Assembly: GCA_963843575.1 (NCBI GenBank)
Contig: CAWJKZ010000024.1
Location: 192,001-256,000 of the forward strand
DNA from: an uncultured Acidobacteriota bacterium
Lineage (GTDB): Bacteria; Acidobacteriota; UBA6911
DNA length: 64,000 nt
Reading direction: 5' to 3'
Shown: piece by piece, positions 51,018-64,000 of the stretch
Numbering within the stretch: the stretch's first letter is position 1
Layout of the letters: each line of letters opens with the position of its first letter
The notes under the pieces: model-generated
What the model saw: the letters and a program-made list of their open reading frames with translations, nothing else
Database searches by the model: none
What the model was told of the DNA's origin: nothing
Program-made: the position numbers and the translations under genes

Positions 51018-53151
51018 TTCTGCCATGCGGCCCTTTGTCTGCGATCCCCGCCTCTCGGCCTTTCGCGTCCAGCGCGACCTGGCGCTGCTCGTGCTCGTGG
51101 TCGCGGCTTTCTCGTTGCCGTTCCTGGGGCAGCCGTTCCACATGGACGACAACTTCTACCTGGACATGGCGCGCAACGCCCTCGACAAACCGCTGTTCCC
51201 CAACGACACCCCCTACGTGTTCGAGGGCCGTCTCCTCCCCGACATGGGCTCGCACTCACACCCGCCGCTGCACACGTACTTCCTGGCGCTGGTGCTCCGG
51301 TTGACGGGCGGCGGGGCGGGGACCGAATGGGTGTTTCACGTCTGCGCCCTGATATATCCGCTGATGGCGGTGGTCGGTTTTTACTTCATTTCGATGCGGT
51401 TCCTGGAAACGCCGGTCTGGCCCGCCCTGATGCTGGCGTGCACGCCGCTCTTCATGGTGATGCAGCACACCCTGATGACGGACGTCCCGACCCTCGCCTG
51501 GTGGCTCGTCGCGATCGCCCTGTTCCTGCGCGGCACCGACCGGGGCAGCCGGCGCCTGCTCGCCGCCAGCTCGGCCTTCCAGTTCGCGGCGATGTTCACG
51601 AGTTACCAGTCGGTGGCGCTTACGCCCCTGCTCGCGTACTACCACGCGCGCAAGGGCGGCCGGCGCGCGGGCTGGTTCGCGCTGGCGGCCCCGCCGCTTC
51701 TGCTGGCCGCGTGGTTCGGGATGAACTACGCGCACTACGGCCGCTTCCTCCTGGCCGACACCGCCGGGTACATCGCCTCGCGCGACCCTCGTTCCGCCGC
51801 CGCGCTCTGGACGAAGCTTCTCGCCCTCCTCCAGTACCAGGGCTGGCTGGCGGTGTTCCCCGTTTTCCTGCTGTACGTCTTCGCCCGGGGCCTGCGCGGG
51901 CGCGTGCCGGCGGCGGCGGTACTGGCGGTGATCTGCGTGACGCAGGCGGCCGTCCCGCAGTATCGCATCCCGGACAAGGCCATTTTCGCGGTCGGCCTGC
52001 TGGCCGGGGCGGCGGTTCTCGTGCACCTGGCCCGTTTCTGCGCTATGGCGTTCAGAAGGCCGGCGGAGTCCGGTTTCGGGCCGGTCGAGGGGCAGTTCAT
52101 CGCGCTCTGGTATTTCGGGGCGGCCACCTTCTGCCTGCTGATCTTCACCGAGGGCTCCGCGCGCTACATCCTCCCGCTCGTGCCGCCGCTGCTGATCTAT
52201 TTCTTCCGCCGGCTCGAGATCGCGGAGGCCTCGGAGTACCGCAGCGTACCCCGGCCGCTGCTCGGCGCCGCCATGGTCGCCAGCGGCAGCGTCGTGATGT
52301 CTCTCGGCTGGGGGCTGCTTCTCTCGCACGCCGACCAGGAGTTCGCGCGCGTGTATCCTCGGGCCGCCGGCGAATTCGCCCGCATCACCGGCGGGATGGA
52401 CTCCTATTACGCGGGCGAATGGGGTTTTCGCTATTATTTCGGCCGCGAGGGTGCGAGGCAGCTCCCCGTCGACGAATCGGCGGCCCGCGGCGGCAGCTGG
52501 CTGGCCCGCCCCAGGCTCGCGCTCCCCTACGACGTCCCCGCCGCGCTCTGGACGATGGCCATGCCCGTTCAGGCGCTCTCCTACGACGTAGGCACCCCCA
52601 TCCGGCTGCTCGACTCGCAGGCGCCGGCGGGTTTCTACTCGACCTCGTGGGGGCTGGTCCCCTTCTCGCTCTCCCGCGCCAGCCTTGACATCATCGACGT
52701 GCGGCAGGTCAACTATCTTGTCGAGCGGCTCCCGTGGGCCCGGATCGATGCTCCTCCCGGAGACGCTCCCTGGCCGGGATTCGCCGAGATCCAGGGCTCC
52801 GCGCCACTCGCCCTCCTGGTGAAGCCGGGCACCCGGGTGCGCTACCCGTGGGAAGGCACCCGCGCGATGGAGTTGCACCTGAAGCTCGGCATCCCCGCCG
52901 ACTCCTGGGCGGAAGGCGAAGGGAGGCCCCTGGACGTCCGGATTGTCCAGCGCGACTCGTCGGGCGATACCCTGGCCCGCTTCGAGAAGACCCTCAACCC
53001 GGGCATCCGCAAGGAAGACAGGGGCTGGGTTCCGGTCAGCCTCGGACTCGCGGGAGGCTCGGGTCCGGACGGTGTGCTGGAATTCGAAGTGCGCGGCGCT
53101 GCCGGAGGAAGGGCCGCATTCGCGCAGGCTCTGCTGAGGGCGGCCCAATGA
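51010..53151 (+). CDS. GT-C (ArnT/PMT-like) membrane glycosyltransferase with C-terminal periplasmic domain
   Basis: HMDDNFY, HPPL, MTDVP, ARYILP, many TMs. Confidence 0.78.
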   Translation: MGDSAMRPFVCDPRLSAFRVQRDLALLVLVVAAFSLPFLGQPFHMDDNFYLDMARNALDKPLFPNDTPYVFEGRLLPDMGSHSHPPLHTYFLALVLRLTGGGAGTEWVFHVCALIYPLMAVVGFYFISMRFLETPVWPALMLACTPLFMVMQHTLMTDVPTLAWWLVAIALFLRGTDRGSRRLLAASSAFQFAAMFTSYQSVALTPLLAYYHARKGGRRAGWFALAAPPLLLAAWFGMNYAHYGRFLLADTAGYIASRDPRSAAALWTKLLALLQYQGWLAVFPVFLLYVFARGLRGRVPAAAVLAVICVTQAAVPQYRIPDKAIFAVGLLAGAAVLVHLARFCAMAFRRPAESGFGPVEGQFIALWYFGAATFCLLIFTEGSARYILPLVPPLLIYFFRRLEIAEASEYRSVPRPLLGAAMVASGSVVMSLGWGLLLSHADQEFARVYPRAAGEFARITGGMDSYYAGEWGFRYYFGREGARQLPVDESAARGGSWLARPRLALPYDVPAALWTMAMPVQALSYDVGTPIRLLDSQAPAGFYSTSWGLVPFSLSRASLDIIDVRQVNYLVERLPWARIDAPPGDAPWPGFAEIQGSAPLALLVKPGTRVRYPWEGTRAMELHLKLGIPADSWAEGEGRPLDVRIVQRDSSGDTLARFEKTLNPGIRKEDRGWVPVSLGLAGGSGPDGVLEFEVRGAAGGRAAFAQALLRAAQ

Positions 53152-53681
53152 ACGCCGCGATCACGAAGGTGGCCGTGCTGGTGACGACCGCGGCCCTCGC
53201 CGCCTGCGGCTCCCGCCCCGAGGCCGCGCCCGGCAAGCCACCGGACCTCGATCTGCTGCCGCGGCTGGCTCTCGCGCTCGAACAGGCGGGCAGGCAGTCG
53301 GGCCGGCCCGGCTTCGAGGTGACACGCGGCGGCGTCCGCCGGCGGTGCGCGGTCCTCATTGCGCCGGCGCAGGTCGCCGTGCGGGTCGGGGGGGTGAAAG
53401 GCAGTCACACGCTCGAACTGGTCGCCGCCCCCGTGTTCAACATCGGGGACGGCGTGGACCTGGAGGTGACGCTAAACGGGCCGGCGGGGGCGAGGCTGCT
53501 GCTGTCGCGCCGCTTCGACCCGGCGCGGCGCGCCGATGACCGGGCCTGGCAGAAAATCGGGATCCCGCTGGATCTGACAGGCGCGCCCGACGAGACGATA
53601 CAGTTTCGCCTGGCCGGCGGCCCCGCAGGCGATCTCGTGGACGACTGGCTGGCCCTGGGTGCGGTCAGGCTGGTGAATTAG
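53148..53681 (+). CDS. Lipoprotein with beta-sandwich domain
   Basis: Lipobox LAAC; the domain resembles the C-terminal domain of the preceding gene (RFDPARRADDRAW vs LNPGIRKEDRGW). Confidence 0.6.
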   Translation: MNAAITKVAVLVTTAALAACGSRPEAAPGKPPDLDLLPRLALALEQAGRQSGRPGFEVTRGGVRRRCAVLIAPAQVAVRVGGVKGSHTLELVAAPVFNIGDGVDLEVTLNGPAGARLLLSRRFDPARRADDRAWQKIGIPLDLTGAPDETIQFRLAGGPAGDLVDDWLALGAVRLVN

Positions 53682-54022
53682 TGGAGTGCGGCGCCGAGAA
53701 GTCTGGAGTGTGGCGGCTCGACGCCGCTTTGAGTTTCGTCCGAAGGCCGAACGACTCGGCGCCTCGGCGCCACACCAAACTAAGTCACGGGGCGGCGTCG
53801 AGCCGCCGCATTCCAGATAGCGATGGAGTTTACGGGGGCGAGGTACGTGTGGAGTGCGGCGCCTGGGCGCCGCTTTGAGTTTCGTCCGAAGGCAGTACGA
53901 CCCGGCGCCTCGGCGCCACACCAAACTAAGTCACGGGGCGGCGCCGAGGCGCCGCCCATAAAGCGGCGTCGAGCCGCCGCACTCCAGGAATAGCGATGGA
54001 GTTTACGGGGGAACGGTACGTG
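53682..54022. repeat. Family A REP cluster with ~150-170 bp tandem duplication that includes the next gene's first codons
   Basis: 53704-53849 and 53850-54022 share TTTGAGTTTCGTCCGAAGGC, CACACCAAACTAAGTCACGGGGCGGCG and TAGCGATGGAGTTTACGGGGG..GGTACGTG. Confidence 0.85.
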
Positions 54023-55120
54023 CCGGGGCAAGGGGGGGCGCAGATCGCCTACGAACACCTGCACCGCTATCTCTTCGCCGCGCGCTGGGCCGCGGGCAAG
54101 CTGGTCCTCGACGCGGCCGCAGGGGCCGGCTATGGGGCTGCGCTGCTGGCGCGGTCGGCTGCCGCCGCCTGGGCGCTCGAAATCGACGCGGCGGCGGTCG
54201 CGTCCGGGAGGGCCGCCTACGCACGGCCCAACCTCCGGTTCATCCAGGGGGACGCCACGCGGCTGCCGTTCCGGAGCGGCTCCGTGGACCTCGTCACCGC
54301 CTTTGAAGTGCTCGAGCACCTCGCCGATCCGGAGGGGCTGGTGCGGGAGATTGCGCGCGTCTGCCGCCGCGACGGGCTGGCCCTGATCTCGACTCCCAAC
54401 AAGGCCGTCTATTCCGAGGCGCGCGATTACCATAACCCCTTCCACATGCGGGAGTTTTACCGGGAGGAATTCCTGACCCTGCTGTGCGCCAGCTTCCGGA
54501 ATGTGGTACTTTTCCACCAGCAGATCCGGGCCGGCTCCCTGATTTCGTCCGAGGGGGGCGACGGCTGGGAGTTGCACGCCGAACCGCCGCCGGGGGCGGG
54601 GCGAGGCCCTGTTGAGCCGATGTATTTTCTGGCGCTGTGCGGGAACGAGCCTTTCAGGGAGAGGCTTCCGCGCGGCTCGGCCTATCTCGATCCTACGGAC
54701 GCCCTGATCGCGGAGTGGGGTGCCGAGGCCGCCAGGCTCAACGGCGACATCGAACGGCTCGGGTCCTGGGGCAAGGCGCTCGAAACCGAACTGGCCCGGC
54801 GCGACGAGACCCTGCGGCGCACCCTGGACGAGGTCGGCGAACGGGACCGCACGATCGAGTCGCTCCAGCAGGAGATGGGGAACGAAATCGGCGCGCGCGA
54901 CCGGAGTCTCGCGGCCCTGCGGCGGGAGTTCGAGGAGCGGAGCCGGTGGGCGGGGGAGCTCCAGCAGGACGTCGCCGATCGGGACGCCCTGCTGAGGCGG
55001 ACGACCGAGGCGCTGGACCGCACGGACGCGGAACTGAAGGGTACCGAGGCCCGGCTGGCGCGCATACGGCGCGCGTTCCTGCACCGGGTGCTGTGCCGCC
55101 TGGGCCTCCTGCCACGATGA
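53996..55120 (+). CDS. SAM methyltransferase with C-terminal coiled coil (glycan chain terminator-like)
   Basis: MEFTGERYVP, EHLHRY, FEVLEHL, ISTPN, NPFHMRE, then about 130 aa of heptad coiled coil. Confidence 0.85.
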   Translation: MEFTGERYVPGQGGAQIAYEHLHRYLFAARWAAGKLVLDAAAGAGYGAALLARSAAAAWALEIDAAAVASGRAAYARPNLRFIQGDATRLPFRSGSVDLVTAFEVLEHLADPEGLVREIARVCRRDGLALISTPNKAVYSEARDYHNPFHMREFYREEFLTLLCASFRNVVLFHQQIRAGSLISSEGGDGWELHAEPPPGAGRGPVEPMYFLALCGNEPFRERLPRGSAYLDPTDALIAEWGAEAARLNGDIERLGSWGKALETELARRDETLRRTLDEVGERDRTIESLQQEMGNEIGARDRSLAALRREFEERSRWAGELQQDVADRDALLRRTTEALDRTDAELKGTEARLARIRRAFLHRVLCRLGLLPR

Positions 55121-55122
55121 TT

Positions 55123-55203
55123 TGGAGTGCGGCGGTTCGACGCCGCTTTCCCGGGCGGGGCCTAGGCGCCGCTACCAAAGCGGCGTCGAGCCGCCGCACT
55201 CCA
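55123..55203. repeat. REP-like family A inverted pair
   Basis: TGGAGTGCGGCGGTTCGACGCCGCTTT ... AAAGCGGCGTCGAGCCGCCGCACTCCA. Confidence 0.85.
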
Positions 55204-55240
55204 CACTGCGTTTGAATGGCAAAAACTGGAAGAATTATCG

Positions 55241-55269
55241 TTGCAAACCAGTAGGTCTGTTGCTAGACT
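55241..55269 (+). promoter_or_regulatory. Sigma70 promoter of the tRNA-tuf operon
   Basis: TTGCAA-17 bp-TAGACT, 15 bp before tRNA-Thr. Confidence 0.7.
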
Positions 55270-55284
55270 AATAACTTTGTCGAC

Positions 55285-55360
55285 GCTGGCGTAGCTCAGT
55301 TGGTAGAGCAGCTGATTTGTAATCAGCGGGTCGGGGGTTCAAGTCCTCTCGCCAGCTCCA
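55285..55360 (+). tRNA. tRNA-Thr(TGT)
   Basis: Cloverleaf, anticodon loop TT-TGT-AA, GTTCAA T-loop, CCA end. Confidence 0.97.
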
Positions 55361-55549
55361 TGGACACGGCGGCGGGAACGGGCGGAATGACGACCCGGCG
55401 GGGCAGGCCGGGGGCGGGGCGGCGCAAGAATCAGTCTCCGACGACGGACAAGGCAACGGACGAAGTGTCCGGCTCACCTGCAAGCTCCCCATATCTCTCA
55501 GGCACGGCGCCGGGAGAAGGTCCCGATTCCAGGCTAGGCGACATATTCT

Positions 55550-55637
55550 GGACAGGTGGTCGAGCGGTTAATGGCACTGGGCTGTAAACCCAGCGACCTT
55601 CGGGTCTACGGAGGTTCGAATCCTCCCCTGTCCACCA
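55550..55637 (+). tRNA. tRNA-Tyr(GTA)
   Basis: CTGGG-CT-GTA-AA-CCCAG, long variable arm, CCA end. Confidence 0.97.
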
Positions 55638-55655
55638 TGTTATTGGAAGCTAAAA

Positions 55656-55731
55656 GCGGGAGTAACTCAGTTGGTAGAGTCATAGCCTTCCAAGCTATTG
55701 GTCGCGGGTTCGAGTCCCGTCTCCCGCTCCA
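55656..55731 (+). tRNA. tRNA-Gly(TCC)
   Basis: ATAGC-CT-TCC-AA-GCTAT, CCA end. Confidence 0.97.
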
Positions 55732-55738
55732 GATCTTA

Positions 55739-55814
<76 letters not shown>

Positions 55815-55903
55815 GCAAATTGCGGGGGCTCTGCCCGCGGGCGCATCAGGCACTTTTTCGGATCGGATCAAATAGACGCACCGAGCACAGCTAGGAGAGA
55901 CAT

Positions 55904-57092
<1,189 letters not shown>

Positions 57093-57116
57093 GCGCACGG
57101 CTAATCGGGAACTGGG

Positions 57117-57266
57117 ATGCGAGACATCATTACTTTCGAATGCACGAAGTGCAAGAATCGAAACTACACTTCGACGAAGAACAAGAAGACGACCACCGAG
57201 CGCCTGGAGTTCAAGAAGTTCTGCAACCGGTGCCGGGCCCACACGCCGCACAAGGAGACGCGGTAG
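57117..57266 (+). CDS. rpmG: 50S ribosomal protein L33 (zinc-binding type; absent from the ORF track)
   Basis: Manual translation: [49 protein letters not shown]. Confidence 0.97.
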   Translation: MRDIITFECTKCKNRNYTSTKNKKTTTERLEFKKFCNRCRAHTPHKETR

Positions 57267-57296
57267 TGGCTCGGCGCGCCGGCGGGGTGTTATTGC

Positions 57297-57373
57297 AGGC
57301 CAGTAGCTCGAATTGGTAGAGCGGCGGTCTCCAAAACCGCATGTTGGGGGTTCGAGTCCCTCCTGGCCTGCCA
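57297..57373 (+). tRNA. tRNA-Trp(CCA)
   Basis: GCGGT-CT-CCA-AA-ACCGC, CCA end; canonical position before secE. Confidence 0.97.
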
Positions 57374-57420
57374 ACCCTTGAAGCAGATCCGGCTGGATCC
57401 GTCGTTCGCGGAGTAAAGAG

Positions 57421-57648
57421 ATGAAGGAGTACTGGCAGAAATTCGTGGGCGCCTTCCGGGGCATGATCGAGTTTATCAAGGAGACCCGGAAAGAGCTCAA
57501 CAACGTGTCCTGGCCCGGCCGTCGCGAAGTCACGGGCACCACCATGGTGGTGATCGTCGCCGTGTTCTTTTTCGGCTTCTTCCTGTACGTCGTCGACAGG
57601 ATCGTCGGGTTCGGGATGACTTACCTATATCGTCTCGCGGGGCAATAG
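57421..57648 (+). CDS. secE: Preprotein translocase subunit SecE
   Basis: [20 protein letters not shown] plus TM; synteny. Confidence 0.95.
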   Translation: MKEYWQKFVGAFRGMIEFIKETRKELNNVSWPGRREVTGTTMVVIVAVFFFGFFLYVVDRIVGFGMTYLYRLAGQ

Positions 57649-57664
57649 CCGGAAAGACGGGGTC

Positions 57665-58202
57665 ATGGACGGCGACAAAAAGTGGTACATCATCCACACC
57701 TACTCCGGATACGAGCGCAAGGTTGCGGAAAGCCTGATGAACCGCATCCAGGCGTACGACCTGGGTGAATGTATCGGGCAGATCCTGATACCGACGGAAG
57801 ACGTGGTGGAGATGAAGAGCGGGAAGAAGGTGGTCACCACCAAGCTGACCTTCCCGGGCTACATCCTGGTCGAGATGGACATGACCGACAAGGCGTGGCA
57901 TGTCGTCCGGGGCACCCCGAAGGTCACCGGTTTCATCAGCACCGGGAAAAAGCCGACGCCCCTCACCGAGGCAGGAGATCAACGAGGTGGTGAACCGCGT
58001 GTCGGTGACGGCCGAGCAGCCGAAGCCGAGGTTCACCTTCGACCGCGGGGATGCGGTCAAGATCATCGACGGGCCGTTCAAGGATTTCACGGGGGTGGTC
58101 GAGGACGTCAATCCCGATCGCAACACCCTGAAGGTGATGCTCACGATCCTCGGCCGGGCGACCCCGGTGGAACTCGAGTCCGAGCAGGTGGAGAAGGTCT
58201 AG
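57665..58202 (+). CDS. nusG: Transcription factor NusG, frameshift near 57972
   Basis: [27 protein letters not shown]; KOW domain [21 protein letters not shown]. Confidence 0.96.
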
Positions 58203-58248
58203 GGGCAGGCCGGCCGCGGAGGCCGGGGCGCTGCAAACGGGAGTGGCA

Positions 58249-58674
58249 ATGGCGAAGAAGATAGTGGCGAACGTGAAGCTGCAGGTTGCGGCAGGGAAGG
58301 CGACCCCGGCACCGCCGGTCGGATCGGCCCTGGGCCCGCACGGCCTGAACATCATGGACTTCTGCAAGGCTTTCAACGCCAAGACCGCCAAGCAGGAAGG
58401 CCTGATCATCCCGGTCGTGGTGACGGTCTACAGCGACCGCACCTACTCGTTCGTCACCAAGACGCCGCCGGCGGCGGTGCTGCTCAAGAAGGCCGCCAAC
58501 ATCGCCAAGGGCTCCGCGGAGCCCAACAAGACCAAGGTGGGCAAGGTCACGATGAAGCAGGTCCGGGAGATCGCCCAGACCAAGATGCCCGATCTGAACG
58601 CCGCCAGCCTGGACGCCGCCGTCAACATCATCCTGGGAACGGCGCGGAGCATGGGGATGGAAGTCGAAGGGTAG
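58249..58674 (+). CDS. rplK: 50S ribosomal protein L11
   Basis: [33 protein letters not shown]. Confidence 0.98.
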   Translation: MAKKIVANVKLQVAAGKATPAPPVGSALGPHGLNIMDFCKAFNAKTAKQEGLIIPVVVTVYSDRTYSFVTKTPPAAVLLKKAANIAKGSAEPNKTKVGKVTMKQVREIAQTKMPDLNAASLDAAVNIILGTARSMGMEVEG

Positions 58675-58705
58675 GACGGGACCCAACGAGTCACGAGGTG
58701 ATGCA

Positions 58706-59404
58706 ATGCCGAAAGCTGGAAAGAAGTTCGCGAAGGCCGCCGAAGCCGTGGAGCAGAAGGCGTACCCGCTCGACGAGGCGGTCGCCCTGCTGAAGAAGGT
58801 CGCGTACGCCAAGTTCAACGAAACGGTCGAGGTGTCGATGCGGCTCGGGGTCGATCCGAAGCACGCCGACCAGATGGTGCGCGGCACGGTGGTGCTGCCC
58901 AACGGCCTGGGCAAGAGCAAGAAGGTGGTCGTGATCGCGTCGGGCGAGAAGGTGAAGGAAGGGCGCGACGCCGGGGCGGACGAGGTGGGCGGCGACGACA
59001 TCGTCGAGCGCATCGCGGGCGGCTGGATGGATTTCGACGCGGTGGTGGCTACGCCCGACATGATGCGCAGCGTCGGCAAGCTGGGGAAGATCCTCGGCCC
59101 GCGCGGCCTCATGCCCAACCCGAAGACCGGCACGGTGACCTTCGACGTCGGCAAGGCGATCCGCGAGATCAAGGCCGGCAAGGTGGAGTTCCGCGTCGAC
59201 AAGACGGGCATCATCCACGCCCCGTGCGGCAAGATCCAGTTCGACCAGAAGAACCTCTACGAAAACGCCCGGGCACTGATCGAGGCGGTCCTCAGGGCGA
59301 AGCCGCCCAGCAGCAAGGGGAAGTACGTACGCAGCATCTCCATCTCCTCCACGATGAGCCCCGGCATCTGGGTGGACGAGGCCTCGGTAGAGTCTCGCGC
59401 CTAA
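58706..59404 (+). CDS. rplA: 50S ribosomal protein L1
   Basis: [37 protein letters not shown]. Confidence 0.98.
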   Translation: MPKAGKKFAKAAEAVEQKAYPLDEAVALLKKVAYAKFNETVEVSMRLGVDPKHADQMVRGTVVLPNGLGKSKKVVVIASGEKVKEGRDAGADEVGGDDIVERIAGGWMDFDAVVATPDMMRSVGKLGKILGPRGLMPNPKTGTVTFDVGKAIREIKAGKVEFRVDKTGIIHAPCGKIQFDQKNLYENARALIEAVLRAKPPSSKGKYVRSISISSTMSPGIWVDEASVESRA

Positions 59405-59564
59405 GGTTGGGCGGGGCGCCCGCCGGGCCGGCGGGTGCGCAGTGTGCCTGTCATCTAAACCAGTCCCCGCGCGGCCGGCGGGGACGACCCGTGTTCGTGA
59501 GAGGGCGGCCCCCGTCCGGTGGACGGGGCGGCCCACCGCATGACCATCACAGGCGTTGCCAGTT

Positions 59565-60073
59565 ATGAACAGACAAGAGAAGAACGAGAATGTGGACAGC
59601 CTCGGCGAACAGTTCCGGGGCCTCAAGAGCGCGTTCCTGATCGACTACCGCGGCCTGAAGGTCGTGGACGCGACGGAATTGCGCCGCAAGATCCGCGACA
59701 TCGACGGCAGCTACGTCGTCGTGAAGAACACGCTGGCGATGCGCGCGGCCAAGGACACCAAGCTCGAGCAGCTCAACCCCTACTTCGAGGGCCCGACGGC
59801 GATCGCCTACCACCCGAAGGACGTGGTGGCGCTCGCCAAGCTGCTGACCGAGGTCTGACCCGCGCCAACCCGAACATCAAGTTCAAGGCCGCCCTCGTCG
59901 AAGGCAAGGTGGTTCCGACCGGCGAGATCCAGGCCCTTGCGTCCATGCCCGCGCGCGAAGTCCTGCTGAGCAAGCTGGTGTTCCTGCTCAAGGCGCCCGT
60001 CCAGAGATTGGCCGCGGTATTGAAGGCTCCGGTCCGAGACCTCGGCCTGGTGCTGAACCAGATCCAGAAATAG
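59565..60073 (+). CDS. rplJ: 50S ribosomal protein L10, frameshift near 59855
   Basis: DYRGLKV, VVKNTLA, EGPTAIA; continues LASMPAREVLLSKL in another frame. Confidence 0.94.
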
Positions 60074-60129
60074 CCGAGTCCACCCGGAATCAGCTACTTA
60101 TCACTAAACCCTGAAGGGAGTTTTCGAAA

Positions 60130-60523
60130 ATGGCGAATACGACACCAGAAGAAGTCTTGGAATGGATCGACCAGGCCACGATGCTCGAGATCTCGGACCT
60201 GGTCAAGAAGCTCGAGGAGAAGTACGGCATCAGCGCCGCAGCTGCCATGCCGGTCATGGCCGCCGGCGCCCCGGCCGCCGGCGGGGCAGCCCCCGCGGCC
60301 GCCGAGGAGAAGACGGAATTCACCGTGGTCCTCTCCGCCGTGGGCGACAAGAAGATCAACGTGATCAAGGCCGTCCGCGAGGTCACCAGCCTGGGCCTGA
60401 AAGAAGCCAAGGACCTCGTCGAAGGCGCCCCCAAGCCGGTCAAGGAAGGCGTTTCCAAGGAAGAGGCCGACACCATCAAAGAAGAAGTTCGAGGAGGCCG
60501 GCGCGACTGTCGAAATCAAGTAG
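60130..60523 (+). CDS. rplL: 50S ribosomal protein L7/L12, frameshift near 60480
   Basis: [34 protein letters not shown]; true end [13 protein letters not shown] at 60521-60523. Confidence 0.96.
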
Positions 60524-60829
60524 AGCTACGATCGGCGCGCCGGGCGGCAGGTCCGCTTTCGACCGCATGCGGGCGCGTCTCCCCCGCTGCCGTAATCGGC
60601 GCCCCTCCCGGGCTGCATGCTCCCGGGGCGGCGCACTCCAGGACGAGGTTACAGTGCCGAAAGGCAACAGTGCTGCGGGCTTCCATTTCCGCAAAGCAGA
60701 AGACCGAAGGCAGGAAGGCGACGGGATGCCCGTGGTGCGCCTTCCGCACTCGGTCTTCTGCTTTGTCCATTCTGAGCTGTTGCACGCCAACCGGGATTCA
60801 CAAAGAGAGCTTTTGAGGTAAATCCTTCG

Positions 60830-64000
<3,171 letters not shown>

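Noticed and set aside
55361-55549. ncRNA or integrated-element scar between tRNA-Thr and tRNA-Tyr
   Set aside because: No tRNA 3' duplication, integrase or recognisable structure was found.
59405-59564. L10 leader RNA upstream of rplJ
   Set aside because: The position fits and GC-rich hairpins exist, but I could not confirm the consensus by eye; it needs an Rfam/Infernal search.

Overview
High-GC bacterial window, most likely Acidobacteriota. That assignment is inferred from the Cys-rich insert near the RpoB N-terminus and from the style of the secreted proteins. Many genes, including tuf, nusG, rplJ, rplL and rpoB, are broken by single-base indels, which look like uncorrected long-read errors rather than real pseudogenes. 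Layout: (1) 1-4.9 kb, end of a type II secretion/T4P-like operon (PilN/GspL-, GspM-, GspC-like, GspD secretin). (2) 5-11.5 kb, a double-FHA protein, a membrane protein, a large repeat-containing secreted protein and an amidohydrolase. (3) 11.7-25.4 kb, the standout: a tightly packed, co-directional, frameshift-free 12-gene cluster that reads as a bacterial ESCRT-like membrane-remodelling system. It has three Snf7/Vps2-type ESCRT-III-like proteins, two MIT-domain Vps4-like AAA ATPases, a winged-helix protein, a polytopic membrane protein, two SPFH proteins, and zinc-ribbon-tagged FGE-like, transglutaminase-like and Ser/Thr kinase proteins. (4) 25.7-35 kb, a copper module (CusA, CusB-YHS, giant multicopper oxidase with FN3-like repeats). 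(5) 35.6-40.3 kb, FG-GAP, TPR, anti-sigma and ECF sigma genes plus a DUF1573-like gene. (6) 40.8-55.1 kb, a probable S-layer gene followed by a glycosylation cluster. (7) 55.3-64 kb, the tRNA-tuf-rpmG-secE-nusG-rplKAJL-rpoB core locus. Two REP-like palindrome families are scattered through the window, and one copy sits in-frame inside a CDS. All family assignments come from motif recognition by eye; no database search was run.
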